A stretch of DNA of 62,532 nt, filler included, from Choristocarpus tenellus KU-1152 (Eukaryota; Protista; Phaeophyceae): assembly GCA_964200185.2 (NCBI GenBank). It is 11 parts of 11 records of this genome, joined end to end, with 100 filler letters (N's around TTAATTAATTAA, not from the genome) between each part and the next. Parts side by side here need not be neighbours in the genome. Positions count along the whole stretch, not along the records: positions 38,424 to 44,858 come from CAXNAD020008147.1; positions 44,959 to 50,799 come from CAXNAD020009628.1; positions 50,900 to 56,704 come from CAXNAD020009712.1; 8 more parts are not named here. One strand, written 5' to 3'. The stretch's first letter is position 1. The number at the start of each line of letters is the position of its first letter. Under the pieces are notes generated by a model that was not told the origin of the DNA, did not search any database, and was given only the letters and a program-made list of their open reading frames with translations. The translations under genes were made by a program, and so were the position numbers. This document shows positions 39,737 through 52,687 of the stretch, one piece after another.

Positions 39737-40774
39737 CCTTTGATTCTGTGCTCAGATGCTAGCAGTTGTTGTGAGATGACTTGACTGTATTATGCGAGTA
39801 ACAGTAGTAATGAGTGTAATTTAATTTACTCTGTGGTGTATTTTATTCTACATTTTGTATTGCCGATTAATTTGCTGAATTTATGCAAGGTGGCTATGGA
39901 GGCGGCGGACATGATCTTAGTTCGATCAGATCTGACAGACGTGATAGTGGCACTTCATCTTAGTCAGAAGGTAAGACAATTGTACATTTTTAGGTGTTTT
40001 GTTTTGTTTTGTGTGTGTGTGTGTATGTCTCTCTCTCTCTATCTCTCTCTCTGCACATGTTTAAAGTTTATGTATGTATCAATTTCGGAGATTTTTTTTA
40101 ACGTGAACCTAGGTATGTTGTGTTTCTTTTTTCATGTGCCATGATGGGAGGCTTTTTTTGCTCCTCTGTCAATGTCAATACTTTTTTTTTTTCAAGCTCC
40201 GCCAATTAAAAAAAAAAATGCATGCTAGTGTGGCATCATTGTAGTTATTTTGTACAAGTGTTTTTTAATTTTTTTTTTGAAATAGATAGTATAGTGAAAT
40301 AAAAACGACTCACTGTATCATTGCGCTACGTGATACTATTACGGTTTTCAGCATCTTTTCAGGCTAAGTGCATGCAGCGGTGTCATCCCCCCCCTGCCCC
40401 TCCAGGCTTCACTTCTGGACAAGACTCTTTCTTCTATTTCTTTAAGTCTAAGGGAGATATCAACTAACTCCTCCACCTCCCCTCCCTGTGTGTCTGTGTG
40501 TCTGTGTGTGCCCCCTTCCCCCCCCCCCCATTCTGTCTACTACGGTACAAAGGTATTCCATCGTATTCAATTGAATTTTGTTTGGGCAATGCTGTACAAC
40601 ACGTGTGGGATCCCTGTGGCGGCTGGTGTACTTTACCCTCTCCTCCAAATGCGCATTCCTCCAGCATTTGCTGCTCTGTCTATGGCTCTGTCCTCCATAT
40701 CGGTGGTCTTGTCCTCCCTGTCACTCAAGCTGTACAAGAGACCGGAGGTGAGGGAAGCTAGGTCTTTAGAATAG
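39487..40774 (+). CDS. P1B-1 type copper-transporting P-type ATPase (ATP7/HMA5/CopA-like), 3' exons only
   Basis: Exons 39487-39600 ([28 protein letters not shown]), 39890-39970 ([27 protein letters not shown]) and 40553-40747 or 40774 ([16 protein letters not shown]...GIPVAAG...[22 protein letters not shown]). GDG.ND hinge, plus YN and M..SS transmembrane motifs diagnostic of Cu(I) pumps. Confidence 0.95.
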
Positions 40775-41114
40775 GAGCATACAACTCACTGGGTCCTTGC
40801 TGATTTGACATAGAAATTTCTGGTTTCTGTTGAGTAAATGGTTTTGAAGTCATTGGAACTGTGTGTGTGTGTGTAATGGTATGTATTTAGCACTTAATGG
40901 TACAATAAGCTTGACATATACCGTCAGACATTTTCTTGTTTTTATTCGTACGGTGACCTCTGAGTACACCCAAGGCTAACCCTCTACTTGAAACATTTGA
41001 GTTGAGGGAGGATGGTTTGCTTTCCTTGTTCGGTGTGATACTGGTGATATTTGGTCTCCTTTTTTGCTTTGAACTGTAGTGGCGGTTGGTTTTTCTGGGG
41101 CAGGGGCAGGTGTG

Positions 41115-41304
41115 GGCCCAAAGTATCTGGGGGGGGGGGATCTACATCAGGGTGTCCATTCGGGCCCTGACCAGGAGAAGTATATTCACTTTATACATTC
41201 GATGCATGCAACCAAATCACCCAAAAATAGAGACATGGAAAAATGGGCCCCGAATGGACAACCGCCGCCGCCGCCGCCGCCGCCCCCCCCAGAAATTTTG
41301 AGTT
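41115..41304 (+). mobile_element. MITE family B copy (about 180-190 bp)
   Basis: GGCCCAAAGTATCTGGGGGGG...GGGTGTCCATTCGGG...CCCGAATGGACAACC...CCCCCCAGAAATTTTGAGTT; flanked by GTG on both sides. Confidence 0.8.
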
Positions 41305-44300
41305 GTGGTTGCTGTTGCATTATTGATCACATCCATTTCCCTCTCTTGCCTCCTTGTGAGGGCTGGTGGGTGTTTGGTTTGTGGAGGATTGCATTGTTGT
41401 TTTTACCAAGAACACGAAAATGGAAAATATTGAGTCGTGGTACTTTTTTTTTTTCAGTTATGCAATTTCGTGTTGAAGCAAGTACTAGCATATTTTCGTA
41501 TTCCCTGATTTTTTTTTGTATCTAGTAATGGTCACGTCTGAGGCACAGCAATGTATTTCACTGAATTGGGTTTTTGAAATATGGTTGTAAGTATGCATCT
41601 GTTGAAGGTTGTAGTAAGCAAGAGCTAGTCAAGTGTTGACTCTTTGTTTTTTTGTACGAGAATTTCTGAACGGAGGTTTTTATTTTGGTCTATGAAAAGG
41701 CTCTCCAAGATTGTGTTAAATGTAATGTAACTGATGGGTTTTTTTTTCCCTGTTACTTTGGCTAGAGTGGCGTGTTTAGGTGAAGTATAGTTTGTTACCA
41801 GAAGAGGGTATAATTAGCACTGTTGTGGCTTTGTTTTGGTGGAATATCCTTGAATTTTTGGAAATATTCAGGTTGGGGTGGTGGGGCCACAATGACCAAC
41901 GCTATGAACAGGGCAGTGAGCACATTGGGGAGGTTATTTAACTGTCACCATCTTTCCTATGACCGGTGTTTTGAAAGAGTCTCTGTCGTGAGTGCCATGC
42001 ATGCTCAAGGTTGGGGCAGTACACAGCCTCAGTAGAATGTGGTGTACTCTGGAGTGAGAAGTGAAATATCCTTCGATGATCATAGACTAACTCCGTATCC
42101 TTTTCTTTGCCCCTTATCCTCCTCCACATTCCTGGCTTGACTGACTCCCTTGGCCCATGCCGTAGATTGATTATAGAGGTCGGCTGAAGCAACATGGCAT
42201 ATGGGACATGCTGCGGCCATTGCTTGGTCGCCCCAGGGTAGGTCGTTCACACGTTAGGTACGCCAGCACTGATGAAGGTGTTCCCTTTGGGAGAGTCAGC
42301 AACTACAGTGAAACAAGCAGTTCCTCCGGGAGTGGTGACGTTTTTTTGTCAAAGATGAAAAGCTCTATACTTCGACCTTGGTCTTATTTGTCGTTGCTAA
42401 GGCATGACTCTACAGTTTTTGACGGGGGGGAGGATGAATGTGGATCGTTTGGTGTAGTGGGTGAAGTGGGTGATGGGGTGGAGCTATCAAGATCCATTGT
42501 GTAACGTGTAGTGTGTTATTATATTGCCGTGGTGTCTACACTATTGTTGGTCTGCAGCTTGAAGATTGGTTGGGGTGGCCTGGGTTGTGGTGGGCGCCCT
42601 TCCATTTGCACGTTTTTTTTTGTTGGGTTGGTCTATTCCTTCGAGGCCTACTGAGTACTTTGTGTGTTTGTTCTGCATGAAATATTGGATGGGTGGGGAA
42701 ACGGCTGCTCTCTCTGTGTAGTAGCGCTGATAGTAGCATGTGGTGTTTTTGAGCGGATTTATACCCTGGTGATTGAAGGCTAAATCAAGCGTTGGGTCGA
42801 ATTATGCCTACAGCTTTGCTTTAAGACTGTGCTTGAGGGAAGAGGACGGTCCTGGAAAAAAAACTGAGGGTGTGAAAAAATGCTCAGTACAGCAACGATT
42901 GAGGGGAGTCTCTTGTGTGACCTTTTGTGTAGTAGCAGTGGAGGCGTTTCTACTGCTGTGGCATATTCTGGTCTACAATTCTTTGTCGGAGTAATGCTCC
43001 TTGAAATTGGTTGGTACAGCTCAGAGCAGCATACACCTGTATAGTCTCTCAGTGAACTTGGAGATGGTGAGGTGAAATATTGGGACAATGTTGCGTTTTG
43101 GTGGGGGGGGGGCATAAATAGCAACACGAGATGAGTGCAGTGGCTCAAGTGTGATTGATATTGGTGCTAAAATGCTAAAACGACTTTTTAAGTTTTGAGT
43201 TATTTCGTAGAGTGCAACTTAGAGGTCTATACACTACTGTTGATGTTTTACGTAAAGAGCAAGGCACCGTCATGTACAGTATATTGTATCACCGAACACA
43301 GATTTAAGTTCTGTTTTTTTACCGTTTTGAATTTGTGTTGGAATTGAAACTCTGGAATGCTTGTGCTTTTTTTTTTCTTTCCAAATTCTCAAGAGTATGT
43401 CAGAATAGAGTTGCTCCTAGATGAGGTATCAGGTATCTTCAGTTTTTTTATATTATGTATCCCGATTGCAGGGTGTTGCAAAAGTAGTGCAGCAAATCTA
43501 AACATGCACTATAGGTGCGTGGTGGATGAAGCCGAGCAAGCACATTATGGGGTACTGGAATATGGTGGGTGGGGCTCTACCAGAACCTGTCAGGCAGTAG
43601 CAACAGTTTGGCTAACTTTTTCTGATCGCAGCTTTGTTGCTATTGCCTGACGAGTTGTTGGAGTATGTGGTCAATCTACTGCAGGATTAGCAGCAGTTGT
43701 TTGACCCGTCTGGGGAACTGCTGATGATCCGAGACGTGTTCACCTTTGCTTGACACTTTGCTACGACATTGGCATTATTTGTGTGTGCTTTGATTTGTGG
43801 GCATGGCTTGTCTCCAATCGGATATGATGCAGGATATTTCCTGAGGTATTATAGAAAAATAACTGCTGGGCCTTGGCCCTGGTGATGGTGTTGGTCTGGT
43901 GTCTATTTTCTATCTACTGGGCGTGAGTGACTAGACACTGTACCTTGTGCATTGGTTGGTTTCGTCTTGAGTTTTCTCTTCATTTTTGATGATTTTTTGT
44001 TCTTCCTTTTTGGGTTTGTGTTATGTTCGTTCATCACATGGATGAGAATCCTCCAGACATCTACTATTAGAAAGATATGTAACATGGTAATATTGATTGT
44101 TTTGATACATTACGAAAAAAAAAACAAGTATAAAAGATCCAATCAGAACTTCTGATTGTATTTGCGCTTTCGATATGCTGAAAAAACAATGCTTAATTAC
44201 GTCATTATTAGATGCTCAAAAATATGGCATTTATGTATAGATGTGTTCATTAATGTCTTGAATCCTTACGGTAGCAATATTTTCTATTTTATTATGCGGT

Positions 44301-45439
44301 ACATCAGGGACTTGAACGGTTATTGATAAGTTTGTTGGTCCACTTTGGTGATGATGAATGAGTAGGTTGTGTCCTGGTTGGATAATTGGAGTTTGTCAAT
44401 AGGACAGCCAAACATTACCAAGTAGGAGGTGGTTATTGTTGTCATTGTGTTCGCCATCTTCACATACATGTTCCGACTGTAGCAGTAGATGTGCGACGTG
44501 CAATTATCATTCCAAGCACTACACTTACATGATTTTGTCTCGTTCCTGAATGGGTTGTCAAAATTGTGTCCATCTTCCTTCTGCCTTATCTCATGCATAC
44601 ACTGCACACATACGTAATACTATCAATACTAATTCGTTCCTGTAACCATTGTCGTCAGTCCTTTTTCGCAAGTGTCTGAACATCATATTATTTGACAATA
44701 GACCAAAAAAATAACTATAATAGAAAACCAAACCTAGGCAGGTTTGGGTCCTTTTAACAGCTGATCACCAAAATTGAGGATGGAGCATGCTATGGAGGAT
44801 GAGTTTGACCCAAAATGGTGCACGGAAAGTGCCCATATGTTTTTTTTTTGTAAATGTTNNNNNNNNNNNNNNNNNNNNNNNNNNNNNNNNNNNNNNNNNN
44901 NNTTAATTAATTAANNNNNNNNNNNNNNNNNNNNNNNNNNNNNNNNNNNNNNNNNNNNCTCCAGATACTTTGGATCTCATTTCCATTAACTCTCTCGTTC
45001 CTTCCTTAACTATTCCTTCTCTTCCTACTTCTTTCTTTTCTTTTTCCCCACGTTCTTATCCTGTGCCCCCAGCCAACCAGAATTCTCCCGCCCCAAAAAA
45101 TCAGTTTACTTCGTAAACTCTCACTTCTACACCACCTATATATGATTCTGTCCTTGAATCTAAACCCTTCAAAACTACATTCCAGCACATTATTTCGCCA
45201 CATCCACAAAGGAATTCGAGGGGAGTTTACCCGCCAGATTCTCTACCTTTTCCTTGGTAAGATGGGGAATTTGGAACATGTTGTTACCCTTCGACGCCAG
45301 TACTTCACCATAGAATAGGAAAAGGGTCTTCGAGACACGCGTTTTAGTATCTCCAAGGGGCACACAAAGAACGCCTCCATTTTACCCTCCACCAACTCCT
45401 CTATTTTGGTTATTTCCACGTCTTCCTTCAGTTGGATGA

Positions 45440-46100
45440 AAAACAATATATGACTTTGCCCCGTCCTGTTCTACAAAGATGGTGTCCCCTCCCGTTCTAG
45501 GCATGCAGACCTTGATTGCTGGGGTGACACCCTCAACCATGAGCTTCTTATACCCCTCCCAGTCCACCATGGCTAGCGCAAGTACCTTGGCCACCTTGGG
45601 GTGGTGTTTGCTGGAGCAATGGGCGACCTTAGTGTCCATAATTGGCCAGATCCTGATGTCCCCGTCGAACCACACCCATTGGAGAGCTTCCTAGTGCAGG
45701 CCACAACCGCAAGAAACATCACCTTCGTAATGTAACACTTATTCTGTACCCGTAGGGATTTGGGGGGTTGGGGGGGTCCTCAGTGGGGTGCAGGTACACA
45801 CCTTGCCCATCTTTGAGGACGTAAAACCACTTCTCGTTCACATGTACCTAGCCATTAAGATCATCCACCAATAGCCCCACTTCCCCCCTCCTGTAGGTGT
45901 GGCGATGACAAAAACCACCCTGTTGACTTTCCGCTGGTCTGAGAGAACTTCTCAATCCACCGTTTGACCCTCACCTCCTCAAGCTTGCATAGATACCACA
46001 ACGAGGCAAGGGAGACCCTAGCTTTGGCTGCCCATTTGTGAAAGGGTGTGCGGTGTATCAATAGGACATCCCAAAGGTCAAGGATACTTGTGCAGTGGCC
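45440..46100 (-). pseudogene. Mariner DD39D-type (plant/stramenopile-like) transposase pseudogene
   Basis: VHVNEKWFYVLKDG...RVQNKCYITKVMFLAVVA...WFDGDIRIWPIM...SSKHHPK...YKKLMVEGVTPAIKVCMP...IFVEQDGAKSY matches the VH.DEKWF, KVMFL.AVA, FDGKIG.WP and QQD.A.PH motifs. Frameshifts and stops are present. Confidence 0.85.
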
Positions 46101-46972
46101 ACATTGCCCCTTGCGACATACAAGGTCCATGCATACACCCCCCTGCAATCTGGCTGCCATAGTCCTTCAGATAATGGAACGCGGTAATTCAGGAAATTCT
46201 GAAGTCCTCTACGATGGTGGCCGCCATTCCCCGAGACATCTAAGTCTCGCACCCTCTCACTCCAGGCACACACTGTTTTTCGTTGGGGTGTGTTTGAGTC
46301 TGGACCCCGGGCAGACTTCTGGGTCGAAGGAATGGGATCAGCGGGTGACGACGAGATGAGTGACCTATTCAAATGATAGGGGACCTTTGTCCTAGGCATC
46401 CTAACAAACACCTGCTTTGACAGTTTCACGAGGTTTTGAACCCGTTGAATGCGATATGAGATTGACTTGGCACTAGTGATCTTCCACGTTCATGACATTC
46501 TACTATCTCAAACTTTGCGCACCTCCCAATCTACAGGAGAACTAAGCCTCGTCCAGAGCATTTATCGCTTTTGGAACATTCCCGGCCGAGAATGGAGCTT
46601 GCATAAGGTATATTACTTTTAATTCTGAACTGAGGAAGTATATTCGGAAAGTTTATAAAATAATGTAGTTTTGTGAGCATCAGAATTTGAAAAGGGGAAA
46701 TAGGTATCGTATACCGAATCTTGGCAAGGATGGAAGAAAGGAGTAGGAGGGTAGACGAGAAGTTAAACACTGGATACCTAGGAGGCAGATGAGATATTTG
46801 AGAAGTTAAACGAAACGAGTGGTAGATGGAGCCACGAGATAGGAAGGACTAGGGCAGAGTGAAAGGTTGAAGACAAGGTCGGATTAACAGGCAAGAAGAG
46901 GGGCAAGATCAGGTAACCTCCGAGCAATCTCTCCCACCCACCCACTCACCCTCTCGATTGCTCATAGTTGAG

Positions 46973-47231
46973 GAGCGAAAGTATCTTAGAGGGTAGGGCT
47001 GCGTCAATTTGGGGACCAAAATCCAATGTTGCGATTTTGACGAAATTTTGGCTGCCGCGTTTGTCAGGAAGTGTCAATATCCTTGTTCTGGACACACCTT
47101 TTCGTAACATATACATTTTACCTACTCTGAAACTTTTTGGATTAGGAAAATGTCATAAACAAAAACATGGGAAGCCAAACACCAAATGGACAAACAGGGC
47201 AAAACTCGTACCCTCTTAGATACTTTCACTC
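46973..47231 (+). mobile_element. MITE family A copy
   Basis: GAGCGAAAGTATCTTAGAGGGTA ... TACCCTCTTAGATACTTTCACTC with a 4-bp TSD TGAG. Confidence 0.92.
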
Positions 47232-47349
47232 TGAGGGGATGTTGGGAGGGGGGAGGTCAAGTTCGGGTAAGGTACATGTCATCTAGTTTAAATGCACAAT
47301 GTTGAAGTGGATAATAGAGGGGGTGTTCTTGGATGAATGTGGAGTATTG

Positions 47350-47696
47350 GAGTGAAAGTATCATAAAGGGTACGAGTTTCGCCCCGTTTGTCCATTTAGG
47401 GCTTGGCTTCCCATGTTTTTTTTAATGACATTTTCCTACTCCGAAATGTTATAGAGGGTACGAGTTCGCCCCGTTTGTCCATTTAGGGCTTGGTTTCCAA
47501 TGTTTTTTTTTAATGACATTTTCCTACTCCGAAATGTTTAGGAGTAGGTAAAATTTGTGCGTTATGAAACGGTGTGTCTGAAACAAGGATATTCACACTT
47601 CCTAACAAACACGATAGCCAAAATTACATCAAAATCACAACATTTGGTTTTGACCCCCAAATGGACGCGGCTCTACCCTCTAAGATACTTTTGCTC
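47350..47696 (-). mobile_element. MITE family A copy, opposite orientation, with an internal duplication of about 87 bp
   Basis: GAGTGAAAGTATC ... GATACTTTTTGCTC with a 4-bp TSD ATTG; the segment AGGGTACGAGTT...CCGAAATGTT occurs twice. Confidence 0.92.
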
Positions 47697-49539
47697 ATTG
47701 TGGAGTGGTGTTGAGTGGTGTGGTGAGGTGGAGAATGTTGTGGAGGAAGCTGGAATGTTTTAGAGTGCGGTGAAGGAAGGTGGAGTGGATTCGCGGAAAT
47801 TGACCATTAGTTGGTGACTGGAAACCAGTGGCGAGGATTGGGCGCATTGGTTGGTGTTTGGAGATGCGGATTTGGCCACATAGTTTGTGAGGTAATAAAG
47901 ATAATATTTGGAGGGAAGGAAGAAGTGATGTTATAATGGTTGAGGAGGAGAGTCAAAGTAAACGAGAGGTACTCAAGTTTTGACCGTTTTGTATTTTATG
48001 TCTGTTTTTTAATCTCTTGCGTTGACCCATATTCCTATTGGTGAAGTACTAAGTTCTTCTCGAAGTGTTGATTCCTCGAAGAAGGTAACAGTAGCCAGTA
48101 GCTTCGCCCTCTGTGGCAAGTTTGCTTTTTTTCACCGTGTTGCCACAACCGTTATACCATACAGCAAATGAACGCTTATGAGAAGCCCTTTTGAAGGTTT
48201 GTATCCACGAATGTCCAGGCTTCAGGGAGCGGGAGAGCTATCTCTCGATCAAATAATGACAAAACACGGGGGAATAGTGTCGACGCAATTTTGAAGGTCA
48301 TGACTTCAAAACGGACAAACGTGAAGTGATTGGCTGAACTCCTTGCAGAAAACCTGGTTCGGGATAGGTCACTGCCCAACCAAGTTAGGTCAGCGTGGCG
48401 ATACTGAGAAAAAAAACAAGATTTCCAGACATCTTTTTAACCAGACATCTTCTTAACCCTTTTGCAGACTTTCCGTGAGCACACACACACGTGACTTACA
48501 CAACAACATGAACCATGACGGTGAGACAAGGAGAGCTGCCGAGCCCACTCTCCCCCCCGGATCTACCCTCGGCATCTTCTCTGTCAAGAGGCAACGGAAA
48601 AGCAAGTACCGTGTGAAACTCAGTGCAATGTTAGGCGACGAGAAAGTGCGAGTAGTGTGGCGCAGCAGCATGATCAAATTGCGAAATGGACCACGCGGCT
48701 GCGACACTGACGCTGAGAGAAGATGCATTGAAAGCGTTACCACACAAACGTGGTTGGGTCTTCAACCACGTCAGAGCACTGCTCTGCAGTCTTTACCACC
48801 TCGGGAAAACAGGAAGAGAGCGACAAGTCCATCACCAGGTGGTACAGTGATGAAGTCTGTGGGGAAGTCCGGTCACGGGAAGCGAAGTGGGAACCGGGGT
48901 GGCCGCCCAAAGGAAAGGTTGGGGAAGAGAGCAGTGTGACTGCATGTCATTGCGCTCAGGAAACGCCTAAGCGAAACCCCAGGTGTAGAATATCTTAGTA
49001 GTCGACAGTTGCAGCAGGCCCTGACTGTTTGGGCGCTGTGCAAGCCGGAGTGGCTTAAGGAAACGAGAAAGAAGGTGTTAAGGTTGGGCTACAAGGGCTC
49101 TGAAGCCTGAAAGGTCAAAAGGGCTCACATGGCAGAGGAGAAACCGATCGTAACAAAGGCAGCTGTGGAGACCTTTCGATACCACCATATCCTCTACTTA
49201 GAAGAGGTCGTGAAGCAGGTGGAGGTAGCCATCGACAAGGTTGACAGGAAAGAAGAGGAGGAGAGATTGAGACTATTTGCACACCAATGGTTTGGTGTCT
49301 CCCACTTCTTGCAATATGCCGTACATTAATTTTGTTCCTGGACTTAGGGTTGACTTGGGGTTGACTTGGGGTTGGACGTATAAAGTTGATTAAGGCTTTA
49401 TCCTGGCCTGCATTCATTCGAGAAATCAACACAATTTTCTATCAACTCAAGCCTGTCCTCCCTCGCCCTTGCACCTTGATGGTAAAATATCGCCCACCCA
49501 GGAAACACGGACGACACCCATTCCAGCGCTCAACGAGGA

Positions 49540-49860
49540 AATGTGATGGCAAGGGCTCTAACACTGCGAATCCTGTACCTGTGTATGAATGATGGAAAAG
49601 ACCGTCAAACAGCGCTCGAGATGGCAGCAGGATATGCGATGGTCAGGGCGGAAACTGTGAGTAATTGGGAGAGAGACTTCTTAACTAAGGGCCACATCAA
49701 GGTGTCGGAGCAAGGTCGCGACAAGAGGTGTTTCGTTCTGGGCGTCGACGAGGACATCCTTCCCGAGGTCAAAGAGTGGGTGTGTGAACACACAGGACGA
49801 AAGAAGGGTGGGGAGGCTTTTTTCCTACCTAAATCCTATACTTCAATCAAGTAATGTGTA
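49540..49860 (+). pseudogene. Possible N-terminal HTH remnant of an IS630/Tc1-related transposase
   Basis: AETVSNWERDFLTKGHIKVSEQGRDKRCFVLGVDEDILPEVKEWV resembles the 'W.R.F...G....S.QG.H.....L.DED....W' pattern of eukaryotic DDE transposases. No catalytic domain is visible, and upstream ORF fragments (48475-49330) are broken. Confidence 0.4.
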
Positions 49861-50899
49861 TCTGTTGCCACTCTTGGTGACCTACAATCCAGGGATGGAA
49901 CCCCGATATGACCGGTCTTTCTTCAAAAAATAATACAATGGCGAGAAAATTAAACGAAGTCCGTACTCTGGAGGGCATTGTGACGGGCATTACGATAATC
50001 TTTTATTTTTTTATCCGATATCTACATCAAAAGCTATGACAGGACAACCCCAGAGATTGAAGCTATTGGTACCATATATACCACTATATTTTTCGAGACT
50101 TTTCGACGGAATTCAGAAAGTATATAAAAAAAAATGCAATTATTGTTCTGTAAGTATATCCTCGAAATGCTACTCTCGGCACCTCTTGCTTACTTTGACT
50201 TAGAAGTGAATGGAAGGTTTTAAGACGAGGATAATTAATTGATCCAGAATTCGCACGCAAATCAGACAAGCTCTACTAGAGATCGGAAAGGTTGAAATGA
50301 AGGTGACTGGTCCATATAACTTCCTAAATGACTGGAACCATTTGTTAATAGTTAGTCAACAGATATGCCCCAAACGCTTCTGTGTTTTTTTCCCCAACAC
50401 ACCTAGAAGATGTCAAAGGGCAAATAATACATATACAGTACGTTACCCGATTTTGTTCACCCATGGGCATGCCCAAAACAAGCGGAACAAAATTGATGCG
50501 GTACAAAATCGTATTTTGTATCACTTGGTATAAAACCGGGAAATCAATCGTGGAATCGACTAATTAATCGTGGTGACCTGGGAAATCAATCACATAAGCT
50601 TCATGGATAGGATGGAAACCATTATGAGCGAATTTTTTAATGATGTTCATATGTCAATGCGCATCTCCCGCCTCGCCATAAGGAAGGAGAGAATACTGTA
50701 TGTACTTTCTACCTCAGAGTCTCTTCAGTCTTTCTAAGACATATTGTCGCTCTCCTGGCGTAATCTTACTGTGACGCAACCCCAAGACGTTTGTTTATGN
50801 NNNNNNNNNNNNNNNNNNNNNNNNNNNNNNNNNNNNNNNNNNNTTAATTAATTAANNNNNNNNNNNNNNNNNNNNNNNNNNNNNNNNNNNNNNNNNNNN

Positions 50900-51142
50900 G
50901 GTTCACACTGGTTGGTCATTAGATGTGGGGGGTAAGTAGGAAACCAATGGCGAAGGGGGTTCGCCCTGGTTATTCATCAGAGGTGGGTGTTGGCTGGAGA
51001 TCAGTGGTAAAAGGGGTTCGCATTGGTTGGTCATCGCAAAGGGGGGGGAGGACGGGAAATCAGTGGCAAAGAGGTCGCACTGGGTGGTCATAAGTGGGGG
51101 TACAATGGGGAGGGAAAGGGGAATGGGTGAATTGCAAACAGA

Positions 51143-51182
<40 letters not shown>

Positions 51183-51230
51183 CCAGAATTCGTAAGGAAA
51201 ACAAAATGGGTGAATTGCTAAAGACTGAAA
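50900..51230 (-). repeat. Second copy of the composite minisatellite/(TTA)n repeat
   Basis: Reverse complement of 35075-35415: GGGGGTTCGCCCTGGTT..TCATCAGA units, then (AAT)n-CCAGAATTCGT. Confidence 0.85.
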
Positions 51231-51551
51231 AAATAACTTTTAATGCAAATCGCTCAAATGTTGGGTACCTTGAGTTTGCTTTGGCTCGATGCCAAACGAG
51301 AATAAGTGGGATGTTCTTACAGTGTACATTAACAAAGACCTCATACCTCAAGGTCAGATTACCTCTGCGGTGGAGGGGAGGGAAACGTTGAGGGAAACAC
51401 ACTGTACTAAAAACCTTCCTCCGAATGTGTTTTTACGTTTCTACTTCATTCCTGGCTCAGGGTGAGAGGCAGTGTGTAAGTTGTGGGGCAAAAATCATGA
51501 TGGCCCCCTTCTCTAGCTAAAACCAACCTGCTCTAAGGAGAACCCACTCAA

Positions 51552-51729
51552 GACCCAAAGTATCTGGGGGGGGGGTGGGGTCTACGCCAGGGTGTCCATT
51601 TGAGCCAAAATGAGGAAAGTGCATTTACATTATCCATCCAATGAATGCAACCAAATCACCCAAAAATCACAACATGAAAAAGTTGACCCCAAATGGAGAG
51701 CCGCCACCCCCCCCCAGATACTTTGAGTC
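51552..51729 (+). mobile_element. MITE family B copy
   Basis: GACCCAAAGTATCTGGGGGGG ... CCCCCCAGATACTTTGAGTC with a 4-bp TSD TCAA. Confidence 0.88.
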
Positions 51730-52155
51730 TCAACGATGAATATATCACGGTTAGATTTGTGGAGGGAACATTTCCCATGTTTCCTCCCTATCATCGTCAT
51801 GTTGGGAATCCAGAAGTTGAAGCAAGGAAGTGTGGGGGGTGAAGAGCGTGACATGTTATTGCTCATGGTTCATCACTCGTGCACAGACACATGACAGTTG
51901 TTGCATGGCATTGACTTACAATCACAGTGTTTTCATGACAAGAACATTGAGTTGTCAAGCAAAACCCTCTTCAATTCACAACAATCTCCCCCTCAATTCA
52001 CAACGGAATGAAGAAGATATGGGAGGCATCAAAATTCAACCCCTGTCCCCTGCCCATTATTATGTGTCACCAGAAGAAAAACCTCTTTCATCACAAAAAC
52101 CTCCTCCATAATATTCTAATCTCTGAGTGCATCATGTTGACCTTACTCTGCACAT

Positions 52156-52687
52156 GAGCCAAAGTATCTTAGAGGGTAGAGTCGCGTCCATTTGGGGGTC
52201 AAAATATGTTTGTTAGGAAGTGTCAATATCTATGTTTCGGACACACCTTTCATAATGTATACATTTTACCTACTCCGAAATGTCAAACCCATTCACAGCA
52301 GATAATGACAACATAGATCAATTTCGCTGTCCATCACGTCCCAACGATTGGAGTATATGCACATTTTTATGTGTTTCCGTTGGAGAAGGTGAGGATACCA
52401 AAACCGGTTCTGGTAGAGTCTACCCATGTCCCAAATGATTTAAGAGGGTAGAGCTGTGTCCATTCGGGGTCGTAAATCGAATGTTGCGATTTTGATTAAT
52501 TTTGACTATCGTGTTTGATAGCAGGTGGTGTCGATATCCTTGCTTCTAACACACATTTCATAGTTGTATTCATTTTAGGTAACTGTTCACACAGAAATCC
52601 GATAAAGAGCATAAGAAAACCTCGGGAAGCCCAGCCCCGAACGGATAAATAGGGCAAAACTCCTACCCTCTTAAATGCTTTGGGTTC
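52156..52687 (+). mobile_element. Two family A MITE copies (one truncated, 52156-52283; one strongly diverged, about 52428-52687)
   Basis: GAGCCAAAGTATCTTAGAGGGTAGAGTCGCGTCCATTTGG..., and TTAAGAGGGTAGAGCTGTGTCCATTCGGGG...GGGCAAAACTCCTACCCTCTTAA. Confidence 0.8.
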
